DNA from: Podarcis melisellensis
Taxonomy: Eukaryota
DNA length: 64,000 nucleotides
NCBI GenBank assembly: GCA_964234715.1
Contig: OZ174275.1
Strand: one strand, 5' to 3'
Shown here: piece after piece, positions 22,831 through 34,737 of the stretch
Position numbering within the stretch: position 1 is the stretch's first letter
How the letters are laid out: every line of letters begins with the position of its first letter
Program-made: the position numbers and the translations under genes
The notes under the pieces: model-generated
The model's input: only the letters and a program-made list of their open reading frames with translations
Database searches by the model: none
What the model was told of the DNA's origin: nothing

Positions 22831-25677
22831 GGCACGCATCTCTCTCTCTCTCTGTGCGCATGGCAGAAATGGGCAGGGTAGTTGTTTTTGTTTGCATTTT
22901 AATGAGAAGTGGCCTAATTTGCAGTTCTTAAACCAGTGTGTGGACCCAAAGCAAGCTATGCTTCTAAATTTGTACTTCTCCAAGTATTGTAATGCAGTTC
23001 TGCAAGCAAACAATATATGCAAAATTGTATGCATTAGGGGGAATTGTACACAAAATGCATATAAGCACTGGGTAATATCCCACTCAGAATAGACCCATCA
23101 TTTTCCTTGACTGCACTCTGCAGGTGATACCCAACATTAGTCATAACTCAATGTATAGCATTATGGTTAGGCCTTAACAGAAAGCTTAATTCTGTGGTAT
23201 GATAAGCTTAGTGGTTATTAGCACAAATGAGATGCAGCAGATGATCGATTGCTTATTTTCTTGTTTTCTTGTCACTCTGGTAAATTCTTAACAAGCTTTG
23301 CTTTTCAGAAATTATTTGCGTCTTGTTGACATAAACACTAACTTCAATACTGCAAGATTATGATGTGTTTTGGGCAGATTAGCCAGCGCAGCAAAAAAAT
23401 GCAAGAAAATGGAACTATAATCCCTGTTATTTCTCACCAAGCTAATGAAAGCATTTTTAATGCAGGCACACAATAGGGTTCAAATCGTCAGAATCTAGAA
23501 AATGGTTTACATTAAAAATGTGATATATGAATATATCAAGCATACCTTCCTTGGTATTTCTGATTTCCACAGGATAGTCTACAAGATTAGTTTGATAGAG
23601 GTATTTTAAACATACATAACTTCAAGACTTCTTTTTAAAAAAATCATCTATAAACCATTTCCCCCCTGAAATAAGTCTCCTCAAAAGGCAAACTTCCTCT
23701 TTTGGAGATATTACCCTTACATCTTTAGACATGAACACACAATAGTTCAGATTCAGATCATATCCCCGAACTAGCTCAAAATCTTTTTTTTTTTAAAAAA
23801 AAACACATGTTCCCAATTGCTGAATTTGTCAAAAGCTAGGCACCAAGCACTAGTACAATAACTTTCAAAAGAGTGTGATAAAATGAGCTGTGAATGGTAC
23901 AATTTGACCCCAGATGCCAACTCTTCCAAGATTTGTCTTTTTCCACTGCCTCATGTACCCCATTCCATGGCAAAATTCTTAGACCCTTGGAACCGATCAC
24001 TTTAGAACTATCTTTTAATCCACCACATGGCCAGCAGCCTATGAGGAACTTGCTGCGACACTATGTTTTCCATTTTCCGTTCTGCTCCTTTTAATATACT
24101 GGAAGCATTTTTACAAAAGGCAAGGCTTAATTAATGCCAGATAAAAAAACCTGCTCTTTCTTGTGGGGTCTTGCACAGCATCTTTCCCTAATGCAATAAA
24201 TAAATAAATGCATAGAAAATATTCTGCAAATGGCAAAATGTCTGAAAATGAATGTCAGGGAGATTTGAAATTGCCATTTGCAACCGGGCTGGCAGTGTGT
24301 TTGCCAATTTACCTTTGATTTCCGAAGAAAACCGAACATCTTGATCTGTTTCAAAATAACTCCTTGTGCTCATGAGATCGGCACAAAGGGCCCTTTTATG
24401 TGGGTCAAAGGGATGTTTCCCCCATGCCCATTTAATATGTTGTCTGTGAAGTTCTGTGTGCTGCCCTTAGGGCCATCCACATGCTGGCGATATGCATGTA
24501 ACTTGCACAGCAAGTTTTCCTTCCTCTCTGAATCACAATGTCTGCAATTCAATCTGCCCCACAATGAAATTGTGTGTGTGTGTTTTCTCCTCCACATTCG
24601 CCAGGTTAAGCTATTGCTCCCCATGAAAAGGGTCTTCAGATGGGGGAGACACACTGTAGTAGGAACTTATCATTTATACTGCTTTCATCATGACAATGAC
24701 TGATGTGGCTCTCCGAGAATATTATATATTTAGAAGTTTAGAAAGGTTCTCCTTTTGCTGGGGGGGGGGGGATGCTGCTTTGTACTTAAGAAGCATATCT
24801 CATCATACTCGGTGAACTCCTGAACTAAGTCTTAAATGTTTAAAGAAAGGTCAAAAAGCCAGCCTGCTACAAAAGTGTGCAACTCACACCTGACTAATAT
24901 CAGAGAATAAAATCATGCAGGGAATAATTTGAGTAAGTTTTTCTTTCCATTTAAACAAAAAGTCATAGATTTTTTTCCCCTTCTGAATATTTATCACAAA
25001 GATATAGCCCTGCAGCTGGGGGGTTCTTAACAAAGCAGAAAGAAAACTTTTGGTTCAGGGAGGGAAGAGAGAAAAAGTCCATAAGATTCTTCATAAACTT
25101 TGGGAGCGTTTCCTCAAAACATGCTTCTCCATTTATACAACAGATCAAGGAAGGCTAGAATCCAATTTCAAATCAAATAACCTCCATATCGATGTGCAGG
25201 GTAGTTGACAGTGCACTCTCATCATCTCTGTGCTTTCTGGTGGGTAATGTGCACAATATAACTTAGAGTAGCCATTTGGCAGAAAACTGCTGTAGTCAAA
25301 TTGAAATAGCCTTTAGTGCCTTGGTTAAAATGGAGAGCCCATAAGATATGCTTGTCATGGGAAGGCGATGCAGGATTGCGGGGGGGGGGGGGGGAGTAGT
25401 GTGTTTGAATTAAGGTGGGGGATTTGTACTGTTGATGGAACTGCACAGATGTCAGGATCTTATTTAAAAGTGTTAAGGCACAGCACAACACCGAAGCAAA
25501 AATTTGTTAGGCTAGTGGGCTAGCAATCAAATATTTCATTGCCGTAGTTAGCAGCCACCTGTGAGTCACTTACACATAACTGTATGCTTCAGGAGGAAAA
25601 CGCAAGCAGGAAACTGGGCTGTTTCCTGCTGCTCTGAGACCTAGATGGTGAAAAGCGGGATAAGATTGAGAGAGAGA

Positions 25678-25861
25678 GAAATTGCACACAAATATTTGTG
25701 TATCAGGAGAAATAAACACTAAAATGCTAGGGAATTCTTGTGAGAACTTAAAAAAAAAAAAAGGATTTGGCAAACTGAAGTAGAAATGTGGCAAACCAAA
25801 AATAAGATTAGAAAAATGAGAAACTAAGAGAAACCAAAATTGACAGATTAACCCATCCCTA
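25678..25861. mobile_element. Partial copy of the TAGGGATG MITE family (inverted relative to 7939)
   Basis: Terminus acccatcccta; body aggagaaat…cactaaaatgct is the reverse complement of the body at about 8040. Confidence 0.6.
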
Positions 25862-27520
25862 TTTGCCACATGCTGTGGTAGTAATTGTATAAACAGCCAA
25901 CCCACCGGCCAACCCCCCAATCATACCCTAAGAGTGTAGTACTTCAGAATGTATATGAGATAGGTAGGTTTCAATTTATTTGTTTAGTTAGAAGCCAAAA
26001 CAGAAGAGAAGGCAAAAACACACACCACCCGAATTGAACCACAAATTTAGCTATTAATTTCCTTCGCACAAATGAAGAGATTCTCAAAGTAACATAGTGA
26101 GGAACCTGAACATCACAGACCACTAGGGTTGGTCTCCCGACTTTTGAGAGTGGTTTTCCAAGAAGCATGGGATCCCTGCTGTTGGGGAGCACTTTCTGTG
26201 TCCCCATGAGCACGAAGGTGTTTCTTACAGAGCAATTTCAATCTCCGCCTAAAATACCTCAGGATTCTGGTCTAATTGTATCATGACAGAGGTGGTGTTT
26301 AATGCGTTGCTTGCAGTGAAGTCGGGGTTTTGTTAAAGACAAGCATGGGGTGGGCCCAATTATATCAAGACCACTGTGCATTAACCCTTCCATCCCATGC
26401 CACAACCATTAAAAAAATGCCTCATCCCATACTACAAATAATGATAGAACAATAATTCCCATTTGATTTGCAACTTGATTTTTTCCCTTTATCTCTATAT
26501 ACAGTGATTTTTTTCAGGATTGTGGTGGCAGGGGACAGATTAAACCTCGCTATATCAATGTGCATTGGGGGAGGGGTGCCTTTGCGTTACTGTTGAAAAT
26601 GAACAACCTAACAAGCAACATATTTAATGCAACAAATAGTATGAAATGTACTCTTGAATAAGAAAGGAAATGGCCTGATGGGTGGGAAATTAAAATATGC
26701 TGCTTCTAGGTGGATTCTTTTGACACAGTATACAGAGAAATTGACTTCTCTAGAGTATTGGCTCTTTTTGTTAAAACAGTCATTCAAAGGTGCTTTTTTT
26801 CTTTACATATGGCCCCACCAAATTAACCAAATACCCAAACTAGTCTTTGCCTTTTGTATTGAATTCTCCCTAGGACCCTTAGAGGTCCTACCAGCAAACC
26901 TCCCACAAACTAGCTCTAAATCAATAGTTTGTTATACCACATACTGTAGATCTGTACTGTAGTTTCTTCCTACAACCCATAGATACATAAGCCTGATTCT
27001 GGCATTTGCCTAAAAGTGTGTGAGTGGGGAGGGTGCAGAGGTGTGTAGGCAAGCCCTGCTCAAATGTCCCCAAATGCACCAGGAGGACTCTAAGCATCTT
27101 CACCCAAGCTCACTTAGAATCCTGCTTCCATCCTACTCTCTCAATGGGTGAATGCATTAAGTGAAGGGGGGATGTTGGAGGTGGAGTTTGCATGTGTGGC
27201 CCTGCCCCTCCCCACTTTTAAACTACAAGGATTTGGGAGGGTGATGAAGATAATACGTGATTGCACTACCCAACCTCTGTGATTCCTCTGTTCTTCCCGC
27301 ACCCGTTTCTTCACATTCATACACCTGCAGTATGCACCTCGAGTCCATTCTCTTGCAGAATGTGCACAATTTAAAAGGGAAAGCTTTTGTGTGTTCTTGT
27401 GGGCTTCAGAAGGTATTCTTCACTACTCCTGAACTCCATGCCCCGTGATAAGCCACAGCGAATAGGTGCAGCAGAAAAAGGAAAGCCCAGGCAAAATGCA
27501 GGTGATGCAAAGGGGTTGAA

Positions 27521-27751
27521 GAAGGAAAAATGGTTTATTATCCGATGCATTTCAGACCTCTTGGGTCCTTCATCGTGGAGTTTCAAATGCAGAAGTTTAA
27601 TCTTTTTTTTTTTTACGCTCTCTCCTCTCTCCTCTTCCCTTCTGCAGCAATACTAAATAGACAGCAGAAGTAAAGAGAAGATGGTGTGACAAAAAATAGA
27701 ACTTCTGTATTTGAAACCCATTGATGAAGGACCCAGGAGGTCTAAAACGTA
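27521..27751. mobile_element. Palindromic relic of two head-to-head hammerhead-bearing units (Penelope-like pseudo-LTR ends)
   Basis: 27546-27597 is the reverse complement of 27700-27751 at 43/52 nt, and the arms extend inward to an 18-nt spacer. Each arm reads GATGA-A-GGACC-CA(A/G)GA-GGTCT-(G/A)AAA. The left arm continues TGCATC-GGA-TAATAAA. Confidence 0.6.
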
Positions 27752-29412
27752 CTCATATTCGGAAGGAGCTAGACACCACCGTGGGAGCAGGGCTGGGGCG
27801 GGAGAGTGCTAGAGCTCTGCCTGGTCAAGTTGCATGGAATCGATTTCAATCCATTACCCCCGAGGATGTGGACAGGCTGCTTGGACGTGTGAAACCAACC
27901 ACCTGTCTCCTGGATCCTTGCCCATCCTGGCTAATAAAAGCAAGCCGGGAAGGGCTGGGCGATGGGCTCTGCGGGGTGGTGAATGCTTCCCTCTGTGAGG
28001 GAGCATTCCCAGATCCGCTGAAGGAGGCGGTCATCAAACCGCTTCTTAAAAAACCATCTTTAGACCCGGCCAGTATGGCCAACTATCGCCCAGTCTCAAA
28101 TCTTCCATTCTTGGGCAAGGTGATTGAGCGCGTGGTTGCTGAACAACTCCAGGCACGCCTGGAGGATGCGGACCATTTGGATCCCTTCCAATCGGGATTC
28201 AGGCCTCATCATGGGACTGAAACTGCCTTGGTCGCGCTGGTTGATGATCTCCGGCGAGCTAGGGACAAAGGTGAGAGTTGTTTCCTAGTTCTGCTGGATC
28301 TCTCAGCGGCCTTTGATACAATCGACCATAACATCCTTCTGGACCGTCTAGGAGGGCTGGAAGCTGGGGGCACTGTTATACAGTGGTTTCGCTCCTTCCT
28401 CCTGGGCCGTGTTCAGAAAGTGGTGGTGGGGGATGAGTGTTCAGACCCCTGGGCCCTCACTTGTGGGGTGCCTCAGGGTTCCGTCCTCTCCCCCATGCTT
28501 TTTAACATCTATATGAAGCCGCTGGGAGAGATCATCAGGGGGTTTGGACTGGGTGTCCATCAATATGCAGATGATACCCAGCTCTACCTCTCTTTCAAAT
28601 CAGAACCAGTGAAGGCGGTGAAGGTCCTGTGTGAGTGCCTGGAGGCGGTTGGAGGATGGATGGCGGCTAATGGATTGAGGTTGAATCCTGACAAGACAGA
28701 AGTACTGTTTTTGGGGGACAGGGGGCGGGCTGGTGTGGGGGACTCCCTGGTCCTGAATGGGGTAACTGTGCCCCTGAAGGACCAGGTGCGCAGCCTGGGA
28801 GTCATTTTGGACTCACAGCTGTCCATGGAGGCGCAGGTCAATTCTGTATCCAGGGCAGCTGTCTACCAACTCCACCTGGTACGCAGGCTGAGACCCTACC
28901 TGCCCGCGGACTGTCTCGCCAGAGTGGTGCATGCTCTAGTTATCTCCCGCTTGGACTACTGCAATGCGCTCTACGTGGGGCTACCTTTGAAGGTGACTCG
29001 GAAACTACAACTAATCCAGAATGCGGCAGCTAGACTGGTGACTGGGGGCAGCCGCCGAGACCACATAACACCGGTCTTGAAAGACCTACATTGGCTCCCA
29101 GTACGTTTCCGAGCACAATTCAAAGTGCTGGTGTTGACCTTTAAAGCCCTAAACGGCCTCGGCCCAGTATACCTGAAGGAGCGTCTCCACCCCCATCGTT
29201 CTGCCCGGACGCTGAGGTCCAGCGCCGAGGGCCTTCTGGCGGTTCCCTCATTACGAGAAGCAAAGCTACAGGGAACCAGGCAGAGGGCCTTCTCGGTAGT
29301 GGCACCCGCCTTGTGGAACGCCCTCCAATCAGATGTCAAAGTGATAAATAACTACCTTACTTTCAGAAGACATCTTAAGGCAGCCCTGTTCAGGGAAGTT
29401 TTTAATCTGTGA
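27721..29412 (+). CDS. L2 LINE ORF2, reverse transcriptase plus C-terminal domain; 5'-truncated, no APE endonuclease
   Basis: 563-codon open frame with non-LTR RT motifs NYRPVSNLPFLGKVIE, QSGFR..HGTETAL, LDLSAAFDT, GVPQGSVLSP.LFNIY and YADD, and the L2-type C-terminus SRLDYCN…LHWLPV…AFSVVAP.LWN. Confidence 0.93.
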   Translation: MMKDPGGLKRTHIRKELDTTVGAGLGRESARALPGQVAWNRFQSITPEDVDRLLGRVKPTTCLLDPCPSWLIKASREGLGDGLCGVVNASLCEGAFPDPLKEAVIKPLLKKPSLDPASMANYRPVSNLPFLGKVIERVVAEQLQARLEDADHLDPFQSGFRPHHGTETALVALVDDLRRARDKGESCFLVLLDLSAAFDTIDHNILLDRLGGLEAGGTVIQWFRSFLLGRVQKVVVGDECSDPWALTCGVPQGSVLSPMLFNIYMKPLGEIIRGFGLGVHQYADDTQLYLSFKSEPVKAVKVLCECLEAVGGWMAANGLRLNPDKTEVLFLGDRGRAGVGDSLVLNGVTVPLKDQVRSLGVILDSQLSMEAQVNSVSRAAVYQLHLVRRLRPYLPADCLARVVHALVISRLDYCNALYVGLPLKVTRKLQLIQNAAARLVTGGSRRDHITPVLKDLHWLPVRFRAQFKVLVLTFKALNGLGPVYLKERLHPHRSARTLRSSAEGLLAVPSLREAKLQGTRQRAFSVVAPALWNALQSDVKVINNYLTFRRHLKAALFREVFNL

Positions 29413-29522
29413 TATTTTAGTGTATTTCTGGTTTTTGTGGAAGCCGCCCAGAGTGGCTGGGGAAACCCAGCCAGATGGGCGGGGTACAAATAATAAATTA
29501 TTATTATTATTATTATTATTAT
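27752..29522 (+). mobile_element. Young L2 LINE insertion, about 1.77 kb
   Basis: Uninterrupted RT frame, high GC/CpG, short 3' UTR with stem-loop tggctggg-GAAA-cccagcca (29454-29473) and (TTA)n tail. No clear TSD. Confidence 0.93.
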
Positions 29523-30122
29523 GGATATTTAAAAATAAAATCCAACCTTTCCTTCCTGCTTCCCAATCCCAATCCCCATGAAGAAAACAGACACTCTCCG
29601 CGTCAACGGAAGACAACAAGAGGGTTTGTGGGTCAACTCTCTATATCGCTGCCACAGGCTCTGATTCGGCTCAGCTCCATTAGATATTCAGGCTTTTAAA
29701 TGCTATTGGATACTCACTGCAACTTTGGAGGATTTCTTTTCTCACGATAGAAATCAGCATCACATTTTATTTATATTCATTTCCCAAACTTTATTCAGAT
29801 TCAAACAAATTGAAAATCCCATTAGAACAATATTGGCTTTTCAAAAAACACAGCCTTAAAAGGAATTCAAATATTTCTAGCACCTTGGAACATGTTAATT
29901 TTATAAGATTATTAGCAATAAACTCATTTAATTTGTTAGAATACGGTGTGTGGTAAGTGGCAGTACACAGGTGACAATGTATATTTAACATTCCAGTCCT
30001 CAACACTTCACACAGAGATAAATACGTAAATTACAAAGACAGGGATAATCTTGCTGTTGTTGTCTTTCAATTATGTAGGTTAAAATGATCAGCAAGAGAC
30101 CTTTTCTTGCAAAAAAAGAGTA

Positions 30123-30172
30123 CAGTGGTACCTCTGGTTAAGAACTTAATTTGATCCAGGGGTCCATTGTAC
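30123..30172. mobile_element. Terminal fragment of Tc1/mariner (Tigger-like) MITE
   Basis: TA + cagtggtacctctggttaagaacttaat, same TIR family as 63287-63528. Confidence 0.65.
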
Positions 30173-32788
30173 GAGAAAGTACATAAGGAATTGCTCACAA
30201 AGTTGATAAAGAACAAAGTGTCAGGAGATCTAATGGGGTGTCCAGCTTTTCCCTGAACGAGAGGGGCCAGACACTATTTCTTGTTGTATTTTGCTGTTTC
30301 ATTTTCTGGATATCTATCATAAGCAGTGCTATTTCTCTATAAAAAGAGGTACCAGAACCCACCATGAGCACATTCCTCATTCTCTTTGAATGGCAATGGT
30401 GCCCATCTGAGAGATGCCGGAACTGAGTTTCTGCTGGGGGGGGGGGAGCCCTTGTCATACGCAAACCCTTCACTTGTGTAGGTAAGCAAAAATATTTTAG
30501 AAAGGGGAAACTTTACTTTTCAGATTGATCTATGCTACAAATATTTCATAGAAACCCCTGAAGAAAACACTGATGAATCGATTTGATTATTGTTGGAGCA
30601 TGCAAATTTCAGCTGTGTAAGTTCAGTTTTGGAATCCGGGAGAACAGTGTGTTACATTTTTAGTGAAGGAATAAAACCTTTCCAGGAGCAGCCAAGCTTG
30701 AATTTACTGGTTTACATCAGCATCACTATCCTGGATGATCTTTGTCTGTGTCTAAGAAGGACTGGATAGATACATGGGAGGCATGTATGAGCCAGCTTCT
30801 CCTGGTAGTTGATGGGAAGAGGGTGCAATTGAGTCCTATGCTGATCTCTCCAGGCATGGGAGGCTGGCATGGCACGGGAATGAATTGGGGCCCCCAATTG
30901 TATTACTGAAACACCTTTAAAAATAGAGATAAGCAAACCATAAGATGAAGTAATATAGCAACTGCCAAGATTCTATATCAGTTAATAGGAGTTTATGTCC
31001 TATATTCTCACGTTTTAACGTCGATGTATAAAACCCAAAGCTATGCTGTGCCAAATGTTCACATTTGAATATGTTCTGTGCAAAAGGGCTTTGCCCCCCA
31101 AGCTGTCCAACCCCTGGTCACAGCGTTTGTGCCTCCTGTGTTTACAGTTGCCATTTCCATGTTTTGCTGCTTTGCCCCCCACCCTACCCCACTCTGGGAT
31201 TCTTGTAAAGTGGTCCTACCCAATTTGGGAACATGACATAAGCAAGATGATAACACAGTGCCACACGGCCCTCGACCTGGATGATATCACACAGCGTGAC
31301 TACATGATGCTATTACAAAGTCAGTTGAGAGTGAGGTCAAGAATCATTGCTTGCCTTAAATTGACATACCAGATGGAGCTTATGCCCAGCAAAGTGAGTA
31401 TAGGATTGCACACTTAGATTCAGTAATGAGCATCTCTGAACAGTTTTATAATTGAATAAAATAACACCTATTTTACCCACGTTCATATCATATCCTCATT
31501 GTTCCATGAAAAAAATGCTTTTATAAACTTGACGGAACAGTTTGGAGATACTTTTGTTTGATTTGATGTCACTTCCATGTCTCTATATCCACCTAATAAT
31601 GGAATTGGTTTTTAAGTTCATGACTTTTGTTTTCAAGTTTAGTCTCTATCCAGTCATACTAATAACTATGAAATTGTTTCTAGCAGGTCCAGGAGCATTA
31701 TGTTATACAGTAAGCATAGAGACATTTATTTGACCTTGGCTATTCTCCTCGAAATAGTTTTTTTTAATGGGTGGAACCATTGGAAAAAATGGCAAGAAAA
31801 TAAGGGCCAAATATGACCCTTGGATGAGCATGTGAAATTTTCAAAGGGCATTAATGGAACTAAATTTTCTTGTTTAAAAGAAAACTGTCATCCTTAGGGA
31901 AGAATCTGAAGTTCTGAGATTTATAAGCTTAACAAGTATTTTATTTGGAAGACTCATTAAAACTTGTTTGAACTATCTCTGTGTGTTCCCTTTATAATTT
32001 CTCCCCGTTAAAGCAGCTGATCTGAAACCAAACAAATCTCAGTGATGCACAGGACATTTCCCATGTTAAACTGAAGCTCAGAATTAGGTGGGGAAATGTA
32101 TTGCCTGTGATGAAATCTATTTTAGACAAAGCCTCCTAATAAAGAGTTCGGGGGGGGGGGCTCTCTCCCAACTGTTTCAGAACCTCATTTATTGCTACAG
32201 TGCATTCATTACAATTCATTACAATTTTTAAAAGACATTAATATCTTAAGTCTGTGATTGTAACAATTTAGATAACAGCCCATGTACAAGAAACCAAATC
32301 TGCTGTTTAGTACCATATGGCTCCAAGGTAGGCAGCCAAGAACATGGCATCTCTGTGAGTGACAGGATCCATGGTTCCAAGACGGATCCTTAAGTTAAAG
32401 ATCAAAAATTTCTGAGCCTATCCATGGGGGATTAGATTCTTTGGAAATGTATCAAGCTTCCCGTCAATGTCATGGCAAGGGTTGCCTCAGCAGGCAGCTT
32501 AGGGCGTGTCATTTTAGGGGAGTGAAACTAAATTCTTGCGTCGCAGCAGCTTTGGGAATGGCCTCAAATCTAACAGTAAAGGCTGCCTCTTTATCATTTT
32601 CCCTGAAATAATTTTTTTTCAAGAAGAGGTGTGTGTGTGTGTGTGTGTGTGATTTACTGCATTCAGTCGGAACTCTTAATGCAGGAAGACGAGGTGGCAG
32701 TAGGCTTACCACATCTCCTTTTCAGTTCCATGTGCCCTGAATTTTCCTCACTTGTCCTGCTCTATCTGGCATGAGGGGCCATGTGTTT

Positions 32789-32822
<34 letters not shown>

Positions 32823-34034
32823 CATAACCCATGATTGTTGATTTGTCCCAGCAGCCTTGGTGCAACTCATTAATACCTAACAGAGGCTGATCTCATTTTA
32901 ACTGAAACTGTATTCCAGACTGGGAGCTTTGTATTCCTAACAGGTCATTGGAAACAGGTTTTTGGGGTGTGTTTTTTTAACTTACTGAATTTTCCACTGA
33001 AAGGGTAAATCCAGAAACAGGATAGCATTTTAATGCCAATGACATTGTGTGGAAACTGCAAAACAGAAACCCTGCATGTATCAGGAACACCCCTATAGTA
33101 TGAACATCAGTCAGGAAGCACCCCAAGTCTCCATCTTGGACTATTACAATTGCAGACTTTGTGGCTATAACTTCAGGCCAGGTTGTATTTTTTTTCTCCC
33201 CTCCCTGCTCTGCTTGACCTTCAGCCTTATAAAAAGTTTCTGGAGTACTCAAAAGCTTGCCCGCTCTTTCATTCAACCCCATACGCACATTTAACAATAT
33301 TTGGAAAAAGAATTAAGTTTGCTTCCCCTCCCACCCCAAATCCGAAGAATGGGCATGTACATTATCTTAACAGTTGACTTAAATCTTCCTTGTTAATAGT
33401 AAACAGTAGTATTTAACAGATTGCATGTCATCTTTAGCATGGCACCATGTTGGCTGCAGGAAAGGCAAGGTCACTTCTGCTTGATTCTTGCATTGGAAAC
33501 CTGCATTAAAAAAAGTATGGGTTGTGGTTTTTTTTAAAAAAATAAAAACAACAACTTTGTCTGCAGCAAGATCCGGAGCTAGTTGTTCAGTATATGACAT
33601 TTTTCTTTTCTGAGTCAAAATTGAACCAATGCCCAGCATTGCTTAAAGGTGTTAATTGCTAGATTGGATATAAAAATGAAGGTTGTGACCCCTTATGGTA
33701 ATTAAATATCCTATGGCAATGTTCCCAAGAAAAAGGAAGCTAACCATGCTTTTCTGGCTCAATTCTATATGTAGGGTTATCTAATCCTATAACAGCTTCA
33801 CTGCAGATGATCTAATTTGAAGTGCTTGTGGTATGATTGCTACATTGCAGAAGATTCAGATGACTGTTTCCTCCACCTCTACATTTATTAAGAAAGGTGA
33901 TTGGGGGTCACCTGAGATGAGCAATGAGTCTCACATGTGATTGCCTGAATTAGCTCTCAGTTGCACACATAAACTAGTGTTTACTTTTAAATGTAGCGCC
34001 AGTGCCTAAGGGCAAGGTAGCTCCATTATTATGT

Positions 34035-34120
34035 AGTCCTACCCCTATCTACTCAGAGGTAAGCTCCATTGAGTTCAGTGAGACTTACTCACTGATAAGT
34101 ATCTACAGGACTGCAGCCTT
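34035..34120. mobile_element. Short palindromic lizard MITE; related copies near 20460, 21065, 35200, 35965
   Basis: ctactcagaggtaagctccattgagttcagtgagacttactc…ggactgcagcct; the motif recurs several times in the window. Confidence 0.5.
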
Positions 34121-34667
34121 ATTGCTTATATATTTTTGCACTCTATATGGTACAAAGTGCATTTTAGAACTTAAATAGATAAAATACAATAGCCAACCAT
34201 GAATGGGAACAAGGTGCACATCCTTTTTTTAAAAAAAAATGCATTAAAAAGACCCTTTAAGCGACGTACATATTATATGTAATATTTGTAATAAAATGCC
34301 AATGAAAACAAACTTAAAAACAGGAAGACATGACCTAATTTATCAAAATATAGAAAAAATCAACTCTTTTAAAAACAACTATACCTAAGGAAATCTTTTA
34401 CAAATTTCCTTGTAAGCTTGATCCTTAAATTCCCAATTACTGTACTTGTTGTTCATAACCACAGGCTATGCTCCTCTAATCACTGGGATAGCCTTCCCAC
34501 AGTGATGCATGCTCATGCCTTGGTTACTACAATGCCCTGTACAGGGGACTTCCCTTAGACATGATCCATTTTCATGTACTATTTTGTTTTCACCATTTTA
34601 TTGGAAACCATCTTGGAATTGCAGTAGGACAAAGGACAGCTTATAAATAAGGTAAATGAATAAGTAA

Positions 34668-34737
34668 GAACCCGAGGTACTATTTCTGGTTTAGCGGAGT
34701 CTGTCACCTGAAGCGTATGTAACCCAGGGTACCACTG
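34668..34737 (-). mobile_element. Terminal fragment of Tc1/mariner MITE
   Basis: Reverse complement of the left part of the 63287 element (ttagcggagtctgt…gaagcgtatgtaaccc…gtaccactg + TA). Confidence 0.75.

Noticed and set aside
27846-29339. Antisense ORFs within the L2
   Set aside because: Shadow ORFs of the GC-rich RT coding strand.
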